Positions 45,907 to 56,650 of a stretch of 64,000 nt of DNA are shown here, piece after piece. The DNA lies in contig CAZFLX010000004.1 in assembly GCA_964519885.1 (NCBI GenBank), positions 8,106 through 72,105 on the forward strand, written 5' to 3'. Position 1 is the first letter of the stretch, and each line of letters opens with the position of its first letter. The notes beneath the pieces were generated by a model. The model did not search any database, was not told the origin of the DNA, and saw nothing but the letters and a program-made list of their open reading frames with translations. Made by a program: the position numbers and the translations under genes. The stretch is from an uncultured Francisella sp. GTDB lineage: Bacteria > Pseudomonadota > Gammaproteobacteria > Thiomicrospirales > Thiomicrospiraceae.

Positions 45907-47337
45907 ATGCGGCAAACACAAGTGAAAAGCTGGCAGGCATTGTGCGAGTGGTTGGGTTTTGCCACTGAAACCGATACTAGGCCAATCGCTCAGCTAACAG
46001 CTGATTCTCGTGAGTGCCAAGCGGGTGATGTGTTTATTGCGCTGGCTGGCGTGCATCAGCATGGAGCCCAGTATGCAATAAAGGCCCGTGAGCAAGGGGC
46101 TTGGGTAATTTCCGATGTGATGGCGGAAGGCGTGCATTTGTGTGTGCCTGATTTATCAGATCGGTTAGGCGCATTATTGAATTGGTTTTATGATCATCCC
46201 AGTCAGTCCATGCGGTTGGTTGGTATTACGGGGACCAATGGCAAAACGTCGGTTAGTCATTATGTGGCACAGTGGTTGCATCAACTGGGTGAATCGGTGG
46301 CCGTGCTGGGCACTGTCGGTAATGGTCGTTGGGGTGAGCTTAAGCCTTCAACCCATACTACCATGGATGCACCTCGGTTGTATCGTCAACTGGCGCAGTG
46401 GCGTGATGAAGGCGTTGGGGTAGTGGTAATGGAAGTGTCTTCTCATGCCATTCATCAGAATCGTATTGCCGGTTTGACCTTTGCTGTGGTGGCGTTAACG
46501 CAAGTGACACGAGATCACTTAGATTATCATGGCACAGTAGAAGCTTATCGGGCTGAAAAAGCCCGTTTATTTACCGATTGGCCGGCGCAGGTTGCTGTGT
46601 TGAATCAAGATGATGGGTTAGGTGCTGAGTTAGCATTAAACTTGCCATCAGCATTGACCTATGCGGTGAAAGCCGAGGCGACCCTGATGGCAAAGTCGGT
46701 TGCTTGTATTGCTGAAGGTTTGCGGGTTGACCTAGTTTTGGATAAAACGTCCTGGCAGGGTGTGCTGCCGCTGTATGGGTTATTTAATATTGAAAATGTA
46801 TTGTGTGCTTTGGGTTGTATGCAGGGACTAGGCATTCCCTTAACATCTGTCGTGAAACACCTAGCCGCTACGCAACCGGTAGCAGGGCGTATGCAATGGG
46901 TGCGTCAACAACCTCGTGTGTTGGTGGATTATGCCCATACGCCCGATGCCTTAGAAAAAGCCTTGATAGCTTTACGCGCCCATAGTCAACAAGGCCGGTT
47001 ATGGCTGGTTTTTGGTGCGGGCGGTGATCGTGATAAGGGTAAGCGTCCCTTAATGGGGGCGGTTGCTAACCGTTATGCCGATGTGGTGATTGTTACCGAT
47101 GATAATCCGCGTTCAGAAGTGCTGGCGGATATTGCTGCGGCGATTTTACAAGCCTTAGATAAAGACAAAGCTACTTACATTAGTGATCGCTCTGCTGCTA
47201 TTTGTCGAGCCATTTTTAATGCTAAAGCGGATGATGTGGTATTGGTCGCGGGTAAGGGGCATGAAGACTACCAAGAGATCGGTGGTGTGCGCCATCCTTT
47301 TTCAGATAAAGAAGTGATTCAACAATGCATAACATGA
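45907..47337 (+). CDS. murE: UDP-N-acetylmuramoyl-L-alanyl-D-glutamate--2,6-diaminopimelate ligase
   Basis: GITGTNGKTS P-loop and a DNPR motif (VTDDNPRSE). Position in the dcw cluster. Confidence 0.93.
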   Translation: MRQTQVKSWQALCEWLGFATETDTRPIAQLTADSRECQAGDVFIALAGVHQHGAQYAIKAREQGAWVISDVMAEGVHLCVPDLSDRLGALLNWFYDHPSQSMRLVGITGTNGKTSVSHYVAQWLHQLGESVAVLGTVGNGRWGELKPSTHTTMDAPRLYRQLAQWRDEGVGVVVMEVSSHAIHQNRIAGLTFAVVALTQVTRDHLDYHGTVEAYRAEKARLFTDWPAQVAVLNQDDGLGAELALNLPSALTYAVKAEATLMAKSVACIAEGLRVDLVLDKTSWQGVLPLYGLFNIENVLCALGCMQGLGIPLTSVVKHLAATQPVAGRMQWVRQQPRVLVDYAHTPDALEKALIALRAHSQQGRLWLVFGAGGDRDKGKRPLMGAVANRYADVVIVTDDNPRSEVLADIAAAILQALDKDKATYISDRSAAICRAIFNAKADDVVLVAGKGHEDYQEIGGVRHPFSDKEVIQQCIT

Positions 47338-48767
47338 ATTGGAAGCTGTCAGACATCGCCACCGTGTTGGGAGTCAAGTTTGAAGCTGATGCTGATGTGT
47401 TGGTGCAACGCGTGATGACGGATAGTCGTCAGGTCACAGCGGGGGACTTGTTTGTTGCCCTAGTTGGTGATCGTGCCAATGGTCATGATTTCATTGAGGC
47501 GGTGGTTGCGCAAGGCGCTGTTGCCGTGTTAATCACACAAGCCCCAAAAGAACCGCTGGCTGTGCCTTACCTGTTGGTTAAAGATGCGGTGGTTGCTATG
47601 CAACAACTGGCGGCTGCTTGGCGGTTGAAGCATCAGCCTAACCCTGTGGTACTGATTACCGGTAGTAACGGTAAAACCAGTGTGAAGGAAATGATTCGTG
47701 CTGGTTTATCGGCACGTGACGGTGAGCGGGTTCTGGCAACTCAAGGTAACTTGAATAATCATTTGGGGTTGCCGATGACGCTCTTGTCATTGCGTGATGA
47801 GCATGAGTCGGCGGTGATTGAAGTGGGCGCGAATCATGTTGGTGAAATTGCTCAGCTAGGTCCTTTAGCCGCCCCCAGTATCGCGGTGATTACCAGTATT
47901 GGACGAGCCCATGTGGGTGAGTTTGGTTCTTTAGATAAGATTAAACAAGCGAAAGGTGAAATTTGGCAGGCCTTGCCCGCAACGGGTGGTGTAGCGATTG
48001 TTCCGATTGTCGAAGCCAATAGTGAGTTTGATGGTTGGTCTTGTTGGCAAGATGCCTTAGCGTCACATCGAGTGATTGCCTTTGGTGATATGGCGAACGT
48101 GAGTGTTAATCGGGGCTGGCATGCTTGGGTGGGTGTGGTTAAGCGAGAAGTTACGGTTGAAGGGCAGCGCGTTCAGTTAGCAACCAGTGATTGGGGTGAG
48201 GCGACGCTTGATTTGGCGATTGCTGGTGCGCATCAAGCCAATAATCTGGCGGCAGTGGTTGCGGTGTTGTTGCAAGCGGGATTAAGTTGGCAAGCAATTC
48301 AAACAGGCTTAAATCGGGTTGCTTTGCCAGGTGGGCGTTTACGATTGTTATCGCCTTTGCCTGACTTGCTGATCATTGATGATACCTATAATGCCAATGC
48401 CAGCTCAATGAAAGCCGCTATTGGCGTGTTGATGGAACAGTCGGCACAAACGCATGCTTTTGTCATGGGACCCATGGGCGAATTGGGTGATGAGTCTGAA
48501 GCCTTGCACCAAGAGGTGGTTGATTATGCGAGTGCGGCGGGGGTGAATGCGTTTTTGGCATCAGGGCCACTGAGTGAACTCTTGGTTAGTCGTTTTGGCG
48601 GCGGTACGGCCAATGATTCACCTGAAGTGCTGGCAGATGCACTATGGCAAGCTTATCAACAAAGGGGTTCGTTGGCGGTTCTGGTGAAAGGTTCTCGTTC
48701 TGCCCGCATGGAGCGGGTGGTGGAAGCATTAATGGCGCGCGCAAGTCGCTGCCAGTCAGACAAATAA
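47334..48767 (+). CDS. murF: UDP-N-acetylmuramoyl-tripeptide--D-alanyl-D-alanine ligase
   Basis: Start set at ATG 47334 (ATGA overlap with the murE stop). ITGSNGKTS P-loop. Confidence 0.92.
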   Translation: MNWKLSDIATVLGVKFEADADVLVQRVMTDSRQVTAGDLFVALVGDRANGHDFIEAVVAQGAVAVLITQAPKEPLAVPYLLVKDAVVAMQQLAAAWRLKHQPNPVVLITGSNGKTSVKEMIRAGLSARDGERVLATQGNLNNHLGLPMTLLSLRDEHESAVIEVGANHVGEIAQLGPLAAPSIAVITSIGRAHVGEFGSLDKIKQAKGEIWQALPATGGVAIVPIVEANSEFDGWSCWQDALASHRVIAFGDMANVSVNRGWHAWVGVVKREVTVEGQRVQLATSDWGEATLDLAIAGAHQANNLAAVVAVLLQAGLSWQAIQTGLNRVALPGGRLRLLSPLPDLLIIDDTYNANASSMKAAIGVLMEQSAQTHAFVMGPMGELGDESEALHQEVVDYASAAGVNAFLASGPLSELLVSRFGGGTANDSPEVLADALWQAYQQRGSLAVLVKGSRSARMERVVEALMARASRCQSDK

Positions 48768-48780
48768 AATGGGTTAAGTA

Positions 48781-49863
48781 ATGATTTTAGAATTAATGGC
48801 TTGGTTACAGCAATGGGTGGGCAGTTTTAACCTATTCAGTTATGTGACCTTTCGTGGTTTGATGGCCGCTTTGACGGCACTGGTGATTTCACTTTGGGCA
48901 GGTCCAGCAGTGATTCATTGGTTAACGCGCTTAAAAGTGGGTCAAGCGGTTCGCACCGATGGTCCACAAACTCACTTGGTAAAAAGCGGTACGCCGACTA
49001 TGGGTGGCGTGCTGATCTTGTTGTCAGTGATTGTCAGTGCCTTGTTGTGGAGTGATTGGGATAGTCGTTATGCTTGGCTGTTGATTGTGATGACACTGGG
49101 GTTTGGTGCCATCGGTTTTGTCGATGACTACAAAAAAGTCGTTTATAAAGATCCGAAGGGGTTGGCATCGCGTTGGAAATACTTTTGGCAGTCGGTATTG
49201 GGTTTAGTGGCGGCTTATTTAATGTTCCAATGGGCTTATTTGCCAGCTCACACGGAATTGCTCATTCCCTTTGCGAAAACCTTGGTATTTGAGTTGGGAC
49301 CTTGGTTTGTTTTAATGGCTTATTTTGTCATTGTCGGCACCTCGAATGCGGTCAATTTGACCGATGGATTAGATGGCTTGGCGATTATGCCCGCAGTGTT
49401 GGTATCGGCCGCTTTGTCGGTATTTGCGTATTTGTCAGGTCATGCGGTGTTTGCCGATTATCTGAATATTCCGTTTATTCCGGGTGCCGGAGAAGTGGCT
49501 ATTTTTGGCGCTGCCTTGGTTGGTGCTGGGCTGGGTTTCTTGTGGTTCAATACTTATCCGGCACAAGTGTTTATGGGCGATGTGGGTGCTTTAGCCATTG
49601 GCGCAGCACTGGGACTCATGGCAATTATGGTACGCCAAGAGTTGGTGTTGGTCATTATGGGCGGCATTTTTGTTATGGAAACCTTGTCAGTGATGATTCA
49701 AGTTGCTTCTTTCAAATTAACGGGCAAGCGCGTTTTTCGCATGGCACCCTTGCATCATCATTTTGAATTAAAGGGTTGGCCAGAACCGAAAGTGATTGTG
49801 CGCTTTTGGATTATCACACTGATTTTAGTATTGGTTGGTTTGGCCAGTTTGAAGGTGCGCTAA
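48781..49863 (+). CDS. mraY: phospho-N-acetylmuramoyl-pentapeptide transferase
   Basis: 360 aa, polytopic. [20 protein letters not shown] and APLHHHFEL. Confidence 0.96.
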   Translation: MILELMAWLQQWVGSFNLFSYVTFRGLMAALTALVISLWAGPAVIHWLTRLKVGQAVRTDGPQTHLVKSGTPTMGGVLILLSVIVSALLWSDWDSRYAWLLIVMTLGFGAIGFVDDYKKVVYKDPKGLASRWKYFWQSVLGLVAAYLMFQWAYLPAHTELLIPFAKTLVFELGPWFVLMAYFVIVGTSNAVNLTDGLDGLAIMPAVLVSAALSVFAYLSGHAVFADYLNIPFIPGAGEVAIFGAALVGAGLGFLWFNTYPAQVFMGDVGALAIGAALGLMAIMVRQELVLVIMGGIFVMETLSVMIQVASFKLTGKRVFRMAPLHHHFELKGWPEPKVIVRFWIITLILVLVGLASLKVR

Positions 49864-49866
49864 GTT

Positions 49867-51219
49867 ATGTCGGTATTGGTAGCGGGATTAGGGATTTCGG
49901 GACAAGCTGCCTTGCGCTTTTTGGTAGCGCAAGGTGATAGCTGTATTTTTGCTTATGATACGCGTGCCGAGTTGGATATTCAGGCCTTACAGAGTCGTTT
50001 TCCTCAAGTCACTTTTGCCTGTGGTGAGCTACCACCAAACTGGGCAGCACAAGTGAAAATGTTAGTCCTCAGTCCAGGCATTGATCCTAAAACTGCATGG
50101 GTGCAGTCGTTGGTGAAAGCGGGTGTGAGTTTAGTGGGCGAAATTGAGCTTTTTTGTCGCTCGATGCCGGCGGAAAAACCTTTAGTCGCGATTACGGGTA
50201 GTAATGGTAAAAGTACTGTTACCACCTTGGTGGGCGAATTACTGAAGGCGCAGGGTTATCAGGTTGCCGTGGGTGGAAATTTGGGTACACCGGCTTTGGA
50301 TTTACTCATGCAGTCTGCCGATGCCGATGTGTTTGTGTTGGAGTTATCCAGTTTTCAACTCGAAACCACGCAGAGTTTGTTAGCCACATCGGCGACGGTG
50401 CTCAACATTAGCCCTGATCATCTCGATCGTTATGGTGATATGGCAACTTACATTGCAGCTAAAGCGCCCATTTATCACATGACGCGTTTAGCGGTGGTGA
50501 ATCGTGATGACGAAATTGCAGCAGGCTTAGCCGATTCACGCGTTGCTCAGATAGGTTTTTCGTTGTCGGAGCCGAAAGCATTAAGTGATTATGGTTTGTG
50601 TCTGCGCGAAGGTGAGGAGTGGTTGTGTCAGCGATCAGATGGGCAGTCCCCCTACCAATGGATTATGAAAAGTAACGAAATTGCCTTGATGGGACGACAC
50701 AATATCAGTAATTGTTTGGCAGCCTTAGCTTTGTGTCAGGCTTTTCAGCTCAGCTTGACGGCCATTAAAAGTGTGCTTACAAGCTTTACGGGTTTGGCGC
50801 ATCGTGCTCAATTAGTACGCACGCGAGCCGGCGTGCATTGGGTTAACGACTCCAAAGGAACCAATGTCGGTTCCACGGTCACGGCACTACACAGTTTAGG
50901 CGCGCAAGCACCCATTATTTTATTAGCCGGTGGGCAAGGCAAGGGACAAGACTTTTCTGAGTTGTCGCAACCCTTGGCAGATGTTGCTCGTGCGCTGATT
51001 GTTTTTGGTGAAGATGCTGAACAGATTGCTCAGCATGCACCCAGCAGTTGCTCTGTGCATCGTGTTGTTGACCTGCTGGAAGCGGTAACGCTAGCAGATG
51101 CTCTGTCAAAAGCGGGCGATGTGGTGTTATTGTCACCAGCCTGTGCCAGTTTTGATCAATTTCGCAGTTACGTTCATCGTGGCGAAGTTTTTACTCAAGC
51201 CGTGATGCAGCTAGCATGA
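49867..51219 (+). CDS. murD: UDP-N-acetylmuramoylalanine--D-glutamate ligase
   Basis: ITGSNGKSTV P-loop and NDSKGTN. Confidence 0.94.
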   Translation: MSVLVAGLGISGQAALRFLVAQGDSCIFAYDTRAELDIQALQSRFPQVTFACGELPPNWAAQVKMLVLSPGIDPKTAWVQSLVKAGVSLVGEIELFCRSMPAEKPLVAITGSNGKSTVTTLVGELLKAQGYQVAVGGNLGTPALDLLMQSADADVFVLELSSFQLETTQSLLATSATVLNISPDHLDRYGDMATYIAAKAPIYHMTRLAVVNRDDEIAAGLADSRVAQIGFSLSEPKALSDYGLCLREGEEWLCQRSDGQSPYQWIMKSNEIALMGRHNISNCLAALALCQAFQLSLTAIKSVLTSFTGLAHRAQLVRTRAGVHWVNDSKGTNVGSTVTALHSLGAQAPIILLAGGQGKGQDFSELSQPLADVARALIVFGEDAEQIAQHAPSSCSVHRVVDLLEAVTLADALSKAGDVVLLSPACASFDQFRSYVHRGEVFTQAVMQLA

Positions 51220-52478
51220 TGAAGTTGATGAAACGCGGATTCCAGGTAAGACCTTGGCGGTTGGATGATAATGCCCCCATTGACTGGGCGCTGGTTGGGG
51301 TGATGTTGATGCTCTCCTGCCTGGGCGTAGTGATGGTGGCATCTGCATCTGTGGCGATTGCCGAGAAACGCTTCGGTATGGAGTTGCGTTATGTGTTACA
51401 ACAGTTGGCTTTCTTATTGGGTTCGTTGTTCATTGCGGTGTGGGTGATTCAAAAAACTACTCTCAATTGGTGGAAAGAAAACCGGGGTTTACTGTTACTC
51501 ATCGCCATGGTGTTGGTGATGATGACGTTGGTGTTAGGTCGAGAAATTAACGGTGCTAAACGCTGGCTGAGTTTGGGTTTTTTCAATTTGCAACCTTCTG
51601 AATTTTTGAAGTTGGTGGTGATTGTCTTTATGGCCGCCTACATCGAAAAGAACTTCCAGCAGCATCAAGATGCGCAAGGTAATCGTGATTGGAAAATGGA
51701 AAAGAAACGGCAGATGCAAGCCATTAAACTGCTGATGTTGCCATTAATTCCCATTTTTCTATTGCTATTATTGCAGCCCGATTTTGGTAGCCTAATGGTG
51801 GTGTTGTTACTGGTATTTGCCATGTTGCTCATTGCGGGTGCTCCGCTACGCTTGTTGTTATCGGTTTTACCCTTGGGGCTGGCGCTGGTTATTGTCATCA
51901 TTATTGAACCCTATCGCTTGGCACGGGTAGTCAGCTTTTTAGATCCTTGGAAGGATGCACAGAATACCGGTTATCAGCTCACGCATTCGCTAATGGCATT
52001 AGGCCGAGGTGATTGGTTTGGTGTCGGGTTGGGTAATAGTGTGGAAAAGTTGTTTTATCTGCCCGATGCGCATACCGATTTTTTATTTGCCATTTATGGC
52101 GAAGAATTTGGTTTCATTGGTGTGGTTGCCTTGGTATTGCTCTATTTGGTGATGATTTGGCGTATTTTTCGTATTGGTCGAGTGGCAGCAGAGCGAGAAC
52201 AAACTTTCGCAGCCTTGATTTGCTATGGCGTGGGTGCATGGGTTGCAGTGCAGGCATTGATTAATATGGGCGCTAATTTGGGGTTGTTGCCGACCAAAGG
52301 CTTAACCTTACCTTTAGTTAGCTATGGCGGTTCCAGTTTGTTAATGTCCATGCTGGCATTAGGCTTGGTATTACGTATCGATTGGGAAAATCGTCACGCT
52401 CATTTGGTGGTGGTCATGCCACCCGTTACGCCGACAACGACTGATTTAGTGGAACAGCCAATGGAAAAAACATCATGA
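51216..52478 (+). CDS. ftsW: peptidoglycan glycosyltransferase FtsW (SEDS family)
   Basis: Polytopic. LQPSEFLK, LQPDFG and LPTKGLTLPLVSYGGSS. Confidence 0.93.
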   Translation: MMKLMKRGFQVRPWRLDDNAPIDWALVGVMLMLSCLGVVMVASASVAIAEKRFGMELRYVLQQLAFLLGSLFIAVWVIQKTTLNWWKENRGLLLLIAMVLVMMTLVLGREINGAKRWLSLGFFNLQPSEFLKLVVIVFMAAYIEKNFQQHQDAQGNRDWKMEKKRQMQAIKLLMLPLIPIFLLLLLQPDFGSLMVVLLLVFAMLLIAGAPLRLLLSVLPLGLALVIVIIIEPYRLARVVSFLDPWKDAQNTGYQLTHSLMALGRGDWFGVGLGNSVEKLFYLPDAHTDFLFAIYGEEFGFIGVVALVLLYLVMIWRIFRIGRVAAEREQTFAALICYGVGAWVAVQALINMGANLGLLPTKGLTLPLVSYGGSSLLMSMLALGLVLRIDWENRHAHLVVVMPPVTPTTTDLVEQPMEKTS

Positions 52479-53572
52479 AGGTGATGATTGCCGCAGCGGG
52501 TACCGGTGGGCATGTTTTTCCTGGTTTGGCGGTTGCTGAATTATTGAAGAAACAGGGTCATGCGGTGGTGTGGCTAGGTACAGAACAGGGGAAGGTGGTG
52601 CAGTGGGTTGAGCAAGCCAGTGTGCCCTTGTGCACGATTGCCATAGGTGGCGTGCGCGGTAAGGGCTGGAAGCATTGGCTAAAAGCACCCTTTCAACTGT
52701 TCGGTGCGTGGCGGCAAGCGGTCGATCTACTGCGACAAGAAGATCCCGATGTTATGTTGGTGATGGGGGGCTATGTTTCGGCACCAGCTGGCTTGGCTGC
52801 CCGTTGGTTGCGTATCCCGTTGGTGGTACACGAACAAAACTCGATTGCGGGTTTGAGTAACCGCCTATTAGCCCCTTTCAGTCAGTCGGTGCTGTTGGGT
52901 TTGCCCTTGGCGTCCTCGCCATTCGGGTGGGGAAAGGCGCGCTGGGTAGGTAATCCTTTGCGCGCGATGTTGCAAAGACAAGGTAAAACTCATGCCTCAC
53001 AACCGCTTAGACTCTTAATTTTTGGCGGTAGCCAAGGAGCGCAGTTCCTCAATGAGCGTTTGCCAGAGGTGATGCGTGATTGGTCAGCTCGTCACGAACT
53101 AACTGTGTGGCATCAAACAGGCAGTCACCAGCAAGCCTTGGTTGAGCTGGCTTATCAACAAGCTGGCGTAACAGCGCGAGTGAGTGAGTTTATTCAAGAT
53201 ATGGGAGAAGCCTATGCTTGGGCTGATCTGGTCATCGCCCGTGCAGGTGCTTTAACCGTAACTGAATTGCAGCAAGTGGCACGCCCTGCGTTATTCATTC
53301 CCTTTCCTCATGCGGTAGATGACCATCAGTACACCAACAGTTTGGCTTTGGTAAAACTCGGTGCTGCCCAAGTGTTGCGGCAATCCGAAGCCAGTGTTGA
53401 GCAGCTGCGAGAATACTTAAGTGATTATATTTATAATCCTAAGGTTTTAAGTCAGTGCTATGCTGTACTGAATGCCCAAGCAGAAAACACCGCAGCCGTT
53501 CGCGTGGTGCAAGTTTTAACGGATTTGGTCATGCCATCGACCAACAAACAAAAAAGAACAACAGGAAATTAA
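52475..53572 (+). CDS. murG: undecaprenyldiphospho-muramoylpentapeptide beta-N-acetylglucosaminyltransferase
   Basis: AAGTGGHVFPGLAVA, ARAGALTVTEL and DDHQYTN. Confidence 0.94.
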   Translation: MKVMIAAAGTGGHVFPGLAVAELLKKQGHAVVWLGTEQGKVVQWVEQASVPLCTIAIGGVRGKGWKHWLKAPFQLFGAWRQAVDLLRQEDPDVMLVMGGYVSAPAGLAARWLRIPLVVHEQNSIAGLSNRLLAPFSQSVLLGLPLASSPFGWGKARWVGNPLRAMLQRQGKTHASQPLRLLIFGGSQGAQFLNERLPEVMRDWSARHELTVWHQTGSHQQALVELAYQQAGVTARVSEFIQDMGEAYAWADLVIARAGALTVTELQQVARPALFIPFPHAVDDHQYTNSLALVKLGAAQVLRQSEASVEQLREYLSDYIYNPKVLSQCYAVLNAQAENTAAVRVVQVLTDLVMPSTNKQKRTTGN

Positions 53573-53575
53573 GCT

Positions 53576-54964
53576 ATGAGCATGTCTCAACGCGTGCGTC
53601 GCATTCATTTGGTGGGTATTGGTGGTTCTGGCATGTCGGGCATTGCCGAAGTGCTGCTCACGCAAGGCTTTGTCGTTAGTGGTTCGGATGCCAAAGCCTC
53701 AGCGGTTACAGCGCATTTAACCGCTTTAGGGGCGCAAGTCAGTATTGGTCATGATGCCCATTTGGTTGAAGATGCTGACGTGGTGGTGGCTTCAACGGCG
53801 ATTGCCAAAGATAACCCCGAATTGGTGGCGGCACGCATGGCGCGTGTACCAGTCATTCCCCGTGCTGAAATGTTGGCTGAAATGATGCGTAGTAAGTTTG
53901 GTATTGCTGTGGCAGGTACACATGGCAAAACCACGACCACCAGTTTAATTGCTAGTGTGTTGGCAGAAGCAGGCTTAGATCCGACTTATGTCATCGGCGG
54001 GCGTCTCAATAAAACCGGTACTCATGCCAGCTTAGGTGCGAGTAATTATTTGGTAGCGGAAGCAGATGAGTCAGATGCCTCTTTCCTCTACTTAAAACCG
54101 ATGATGAGCATTGTCACCAATATTGATGCCGACCACATGGAAACCTATGGTGGTAGCTTTGAAGTTTTGACCGATACCTTTTCACAATTCTTGCATCATT
54201 TGCCCTTTTATGGTTTAGCGATCGTGTGTGTCGATGATGCTGGCGTGCAAGGCTTGTTGCCACGTATTACCCGTCCGATTGTGCGTTATGGGCTGAGTGA
54301 AGCTGCCGATATTCGTGCCACGAACATCCAGCACCAAGGGTTGCGCTCGACCTTTACAGTGCAAGCCTATCAGCAAGAGCCATTCTATATTACCTTGAAT
54401 ATTCCCGGTGAACATAATGTGCGTAATGCCTTGGCGACCATTGCTGTTGCCTTAGAATTGGGTGTCGATGTAAACGCTATTCAACGCGCTCTGGCGCAAT
54501 TTCATGGTGTCGGTCGTCGCTTTGATGTGTATGCCAATCGTTCTTTGTTCGACAAGTCAGTGACGCTGGTGGATGACTATGGTCACCATCCAACAGAATT
54601 GGCAGCGGTATTAAATACAGCAAGAACGGCTTTTGCTCAGCAGCGTTTGGTCTCTGTCTTTCAACCGCATCGCTACACACGTACACGTGATCTGCTCGAT
54701 GACTTTGCTGCCGCTTTAATGCTGGCCGATGTGGTGGTGTTACTGCCTGTTTATTCGGCGGGTGAGTCCCCAATTGCTGGCGCAGATAGCAAAGCCATTG
54801 CTCAAGCCATGCGCCTGCGTGGCTTCCAAAGTGTGGTGGTGGCAGATAGTATGGTGCAACTCAATGCCGTGGCGAAAGGTCTGCTCTTGGATGGTGATGT
54901 GGTGTTGACCATGGGCGCGGGTGATATTGGACAACTGAGTAAACAATGGCGGGAGGAAGCCTGA
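53576..54964 (+). CDS. murC: UDP-N-acetylmuramate--L-alanine ligase
   Basis: IHLVGIGGSGMSGIAEVL and VAGTHGKTTTTS. Confidence 0.95.
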   Translation: MSMSQRVRRIHLVGIGGSGMSGIAEVLLTQGFVVSGSDAKASAVTAHLTALGAQVSIGHDAHLVEDADVVVASTAIAKDNPELVAARMARVPVIPRAEMLAEMMRSKFGIAVAGTHGKTTTTSLIASVLAEAGLDPTYVIGGRLNKTGTHASLGASNYLVAEADESDASFLYLKPMMSIVTNIDADHMETYGGSFEVLTDTFSQFLHHLPFYGLAIVCVDDAGVQGLLPRITRPIVRYGLSEAADIRATNIQHQGLRSTFTVQAYQQEPFYITLNIPGEHNVRNALATIAVALELGVDVNAIQRALAQFHGVGRRFDVYANRSLFDKSVTLVDDYGHHPTELAAVLNTARTAFAQQRLVSVFQPHRYTRTRDLLDDFAAALMLADVVVLLPVYSAGESPIAGADSKAIAQAMRLRGFQSVVVADSMVQLNAVAKGLLLDGDVVLTMGAGDIGQLSKQWREEA

Positions 54965-55878
54965 TGCAGAACAAACCAATCATTGCCGTGTTACGTGGTG
55001 GCAGTGCGAATGAGCGTGAAGTTTCATTGCGTTCCGGCGCAGCGGTTGTGGAAGGACTTCAACAGGCTGGTTATCAGGTGCTGGATTGGCGCGTCGATGA
55101 TTTGGCCCAGGTGATTGCGTTAGTGCAACAAGCACCGCGTCCTTTGTTGGTGTTTAATGTGTTGCATGGTCGTGGCGGTGAAGATGGCCAGTTACAAGCC
55201 CTGCTAGATGTGTTGGAAGTGCCTTACACGGGCAGTGGCATGTTGGCGAGCGCCTTATCGATGGATAAAGTGGTGACCAAACGCCTATGGCAATCGATGG
55301 GATTGCCGACGGCTGATTATTACGAAGTCACACAGTCAAGCTTATCGACCTTTGACGTGGACGCAGTGCGTTATCCAGTAATGGTGAAACCCGCACGCGA
55401 GGGGTCGAGTATCGGCATGTTCAAAGTCGATAGTGCGGATAAGATGCGTGATGCCTTAACGCAAGCGCTGACTTTTGATGACCATGTGCTGGTAGAGTCT
55501 TGGATTGATGGTGCTGAATATACGTTAGCCATTTTGGGTGATCAGGCTTTGCCGATGATTCGGTTGAAAACACCGAATGTGTTTTACGATTTTGAAGCCA
55601 AGTATCAAGCCAATACCACCGAATATCTCTGCCCTTGTGGGCTGTCTGCGGAAGTAGAAGCAGCAATTCAAACCTTGGCGTTGCAAGCCTTTCACGCTTT
55701 GGGCGCTAAAACATGGGGAAGGATCGACGTGATGATTGATCAGCAAGGTCAAGCTTGGTTGCTGGAATTGAACACCGTCCCGGGTATGACCGATCACAGC
55801 CTCGTGCCTATGGCGGCAAAACAGGCGGGATTAAGCTTTAGCCAACTGGTTGATCGCTTGGTGCAGTTGTCGGTATGA
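54964..55878 (+). CDS. ddl: D-alanine--D-alanine ligase
   Basis: Start set at ATG 54964 (TGATG junction with murC). VLHGRGGEDG, EGSSIGM and LELNTVPGMT. Confidence 0.93.
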   Translation: MQNKPIIAVLRGGSANEREVSLRSGAAVVEGLQQAGYQVLDWRVDDLAQVIALVQQAPRPLLVFNVLHGRGGEDGQLQALLDVLEVPYTGSGMLASALSMDKVVTKRLWQSMGLPTADYYEVTQSSLSTFDVDAVRYPVMVKPAREGSSIGMFKVDSADKMRDALTQALTFDDHVLVESWIDGAEYTLAILGDQALPMIRLKTPNVFYDFEAKYQANTTEYLCPCGLSAEVEAAIQTLALQAFHALGAKTWGRIDVMIDQQGQAWLLELNTVPGMTDHSLVPMAAKQAGLSFSQLVDRLVQLSV

Positions 55879-56642
55879 CTTTTTTATCGCGTACATGGCA
55901 AAAGCTAAAACGCTGGTTTATATGGTTTGGCAAGGCAGTTTTGTTAACGGTTTTTGCTGGGGTTCTGACTTGGGCAGGGCTACAAGCATGGCAGCTATGG
56001 AATGGTCATCAGCAGGGTGAGTTAATCCAAGTCAAGTTAGTGAATGAAAATAGTAAAGTGAGCGAAGCTGAATTAACTGAACTTTTGCGTCCGCAATTAG
56101 GCATAGGTTTTTGGCAATTAGACTTGCCCAGTATTCGTCAGTTGGTCGAAAGTCATCCTTGGGTCGCGCATGCTGAAGTATCAAGGTTTTGGCCGAGTAC
56201 CTTACGCGTCGAAGTGGTTGAGCAAATACCGGTTGCCCGTTGGGGTGAGACAGGTTTTGTCAACCAGATAGGTGAGATTTTTTATCCGAATCAAGGGGTT
56301 GGATTTGAAGGGTTAATCCGTTTGTCGGCGGTGAATCCAGATCCCTTGGCGGTATTAGCTATGCTTAAGCAAGTGCTAGATTTGATTAATCCTTATGGGC
56401 TACACGTGACTTCTATGCATCGCATGGCCGATGAAAGTTGGCACATTTGGCTGGTAAATGGTGATGAGTGGTTGTTGCCAAAACAAGATGCCATTCAAGA
56501 TTTGAAACAGTTGCTGGTACTTTATGGCAGTATTCCCAAGCAAGATGGGACAAAGATGCGTATTGACCTTCGTTATCGTGATGGTTTTGCGGTAAAATGG
56601 CAACCAATAGAAAATCCCACATCCTCAGATGCTCAACCCTAG
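55875..56642 (+). CDS. ftsQ: cell division protein FtsQ
   Basis: N-terminal TM segment followed by a POTRA-like region (...HPWVAHAEVSRFWPSTLRVEVVEQ). Position between ddl and ftsA. Confidence 0.85.
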   Translation: MTFLSRTWQKLKRWFIWFGKAVLLTVFAGVLTWAGLQAWQLWNGHQQGELIQVKLVNENSKVSEAELTELLRPQLGIGFWQLDLPSIRQLVESHPWVAHAEVSRFWPSTLRVEVVEQIPVARWGETGFVNQIGEIFYPNQGVGFEGLIRLSAVNPDPLAVLAMLKQVLDLINPYGLHVTSMHRMADESWHIWLVNGDEWLLPKQDAIQDLKQLLVLYGSIPKQDGTKMRIDLRYRDGFAVKWQPIENPTSSDAQP

Positions 56643-56650
56643 GAAATAGT

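Noticed and set aside
49302-49766. 154-aa alternative-frame ORF inside mraY (Cys/Gly/Arg-rich).
   Set aside because: It is a by-product of the G/T-rich codon usage of a membrane-protein gene. The mraY frame carries all the conserved motifs.
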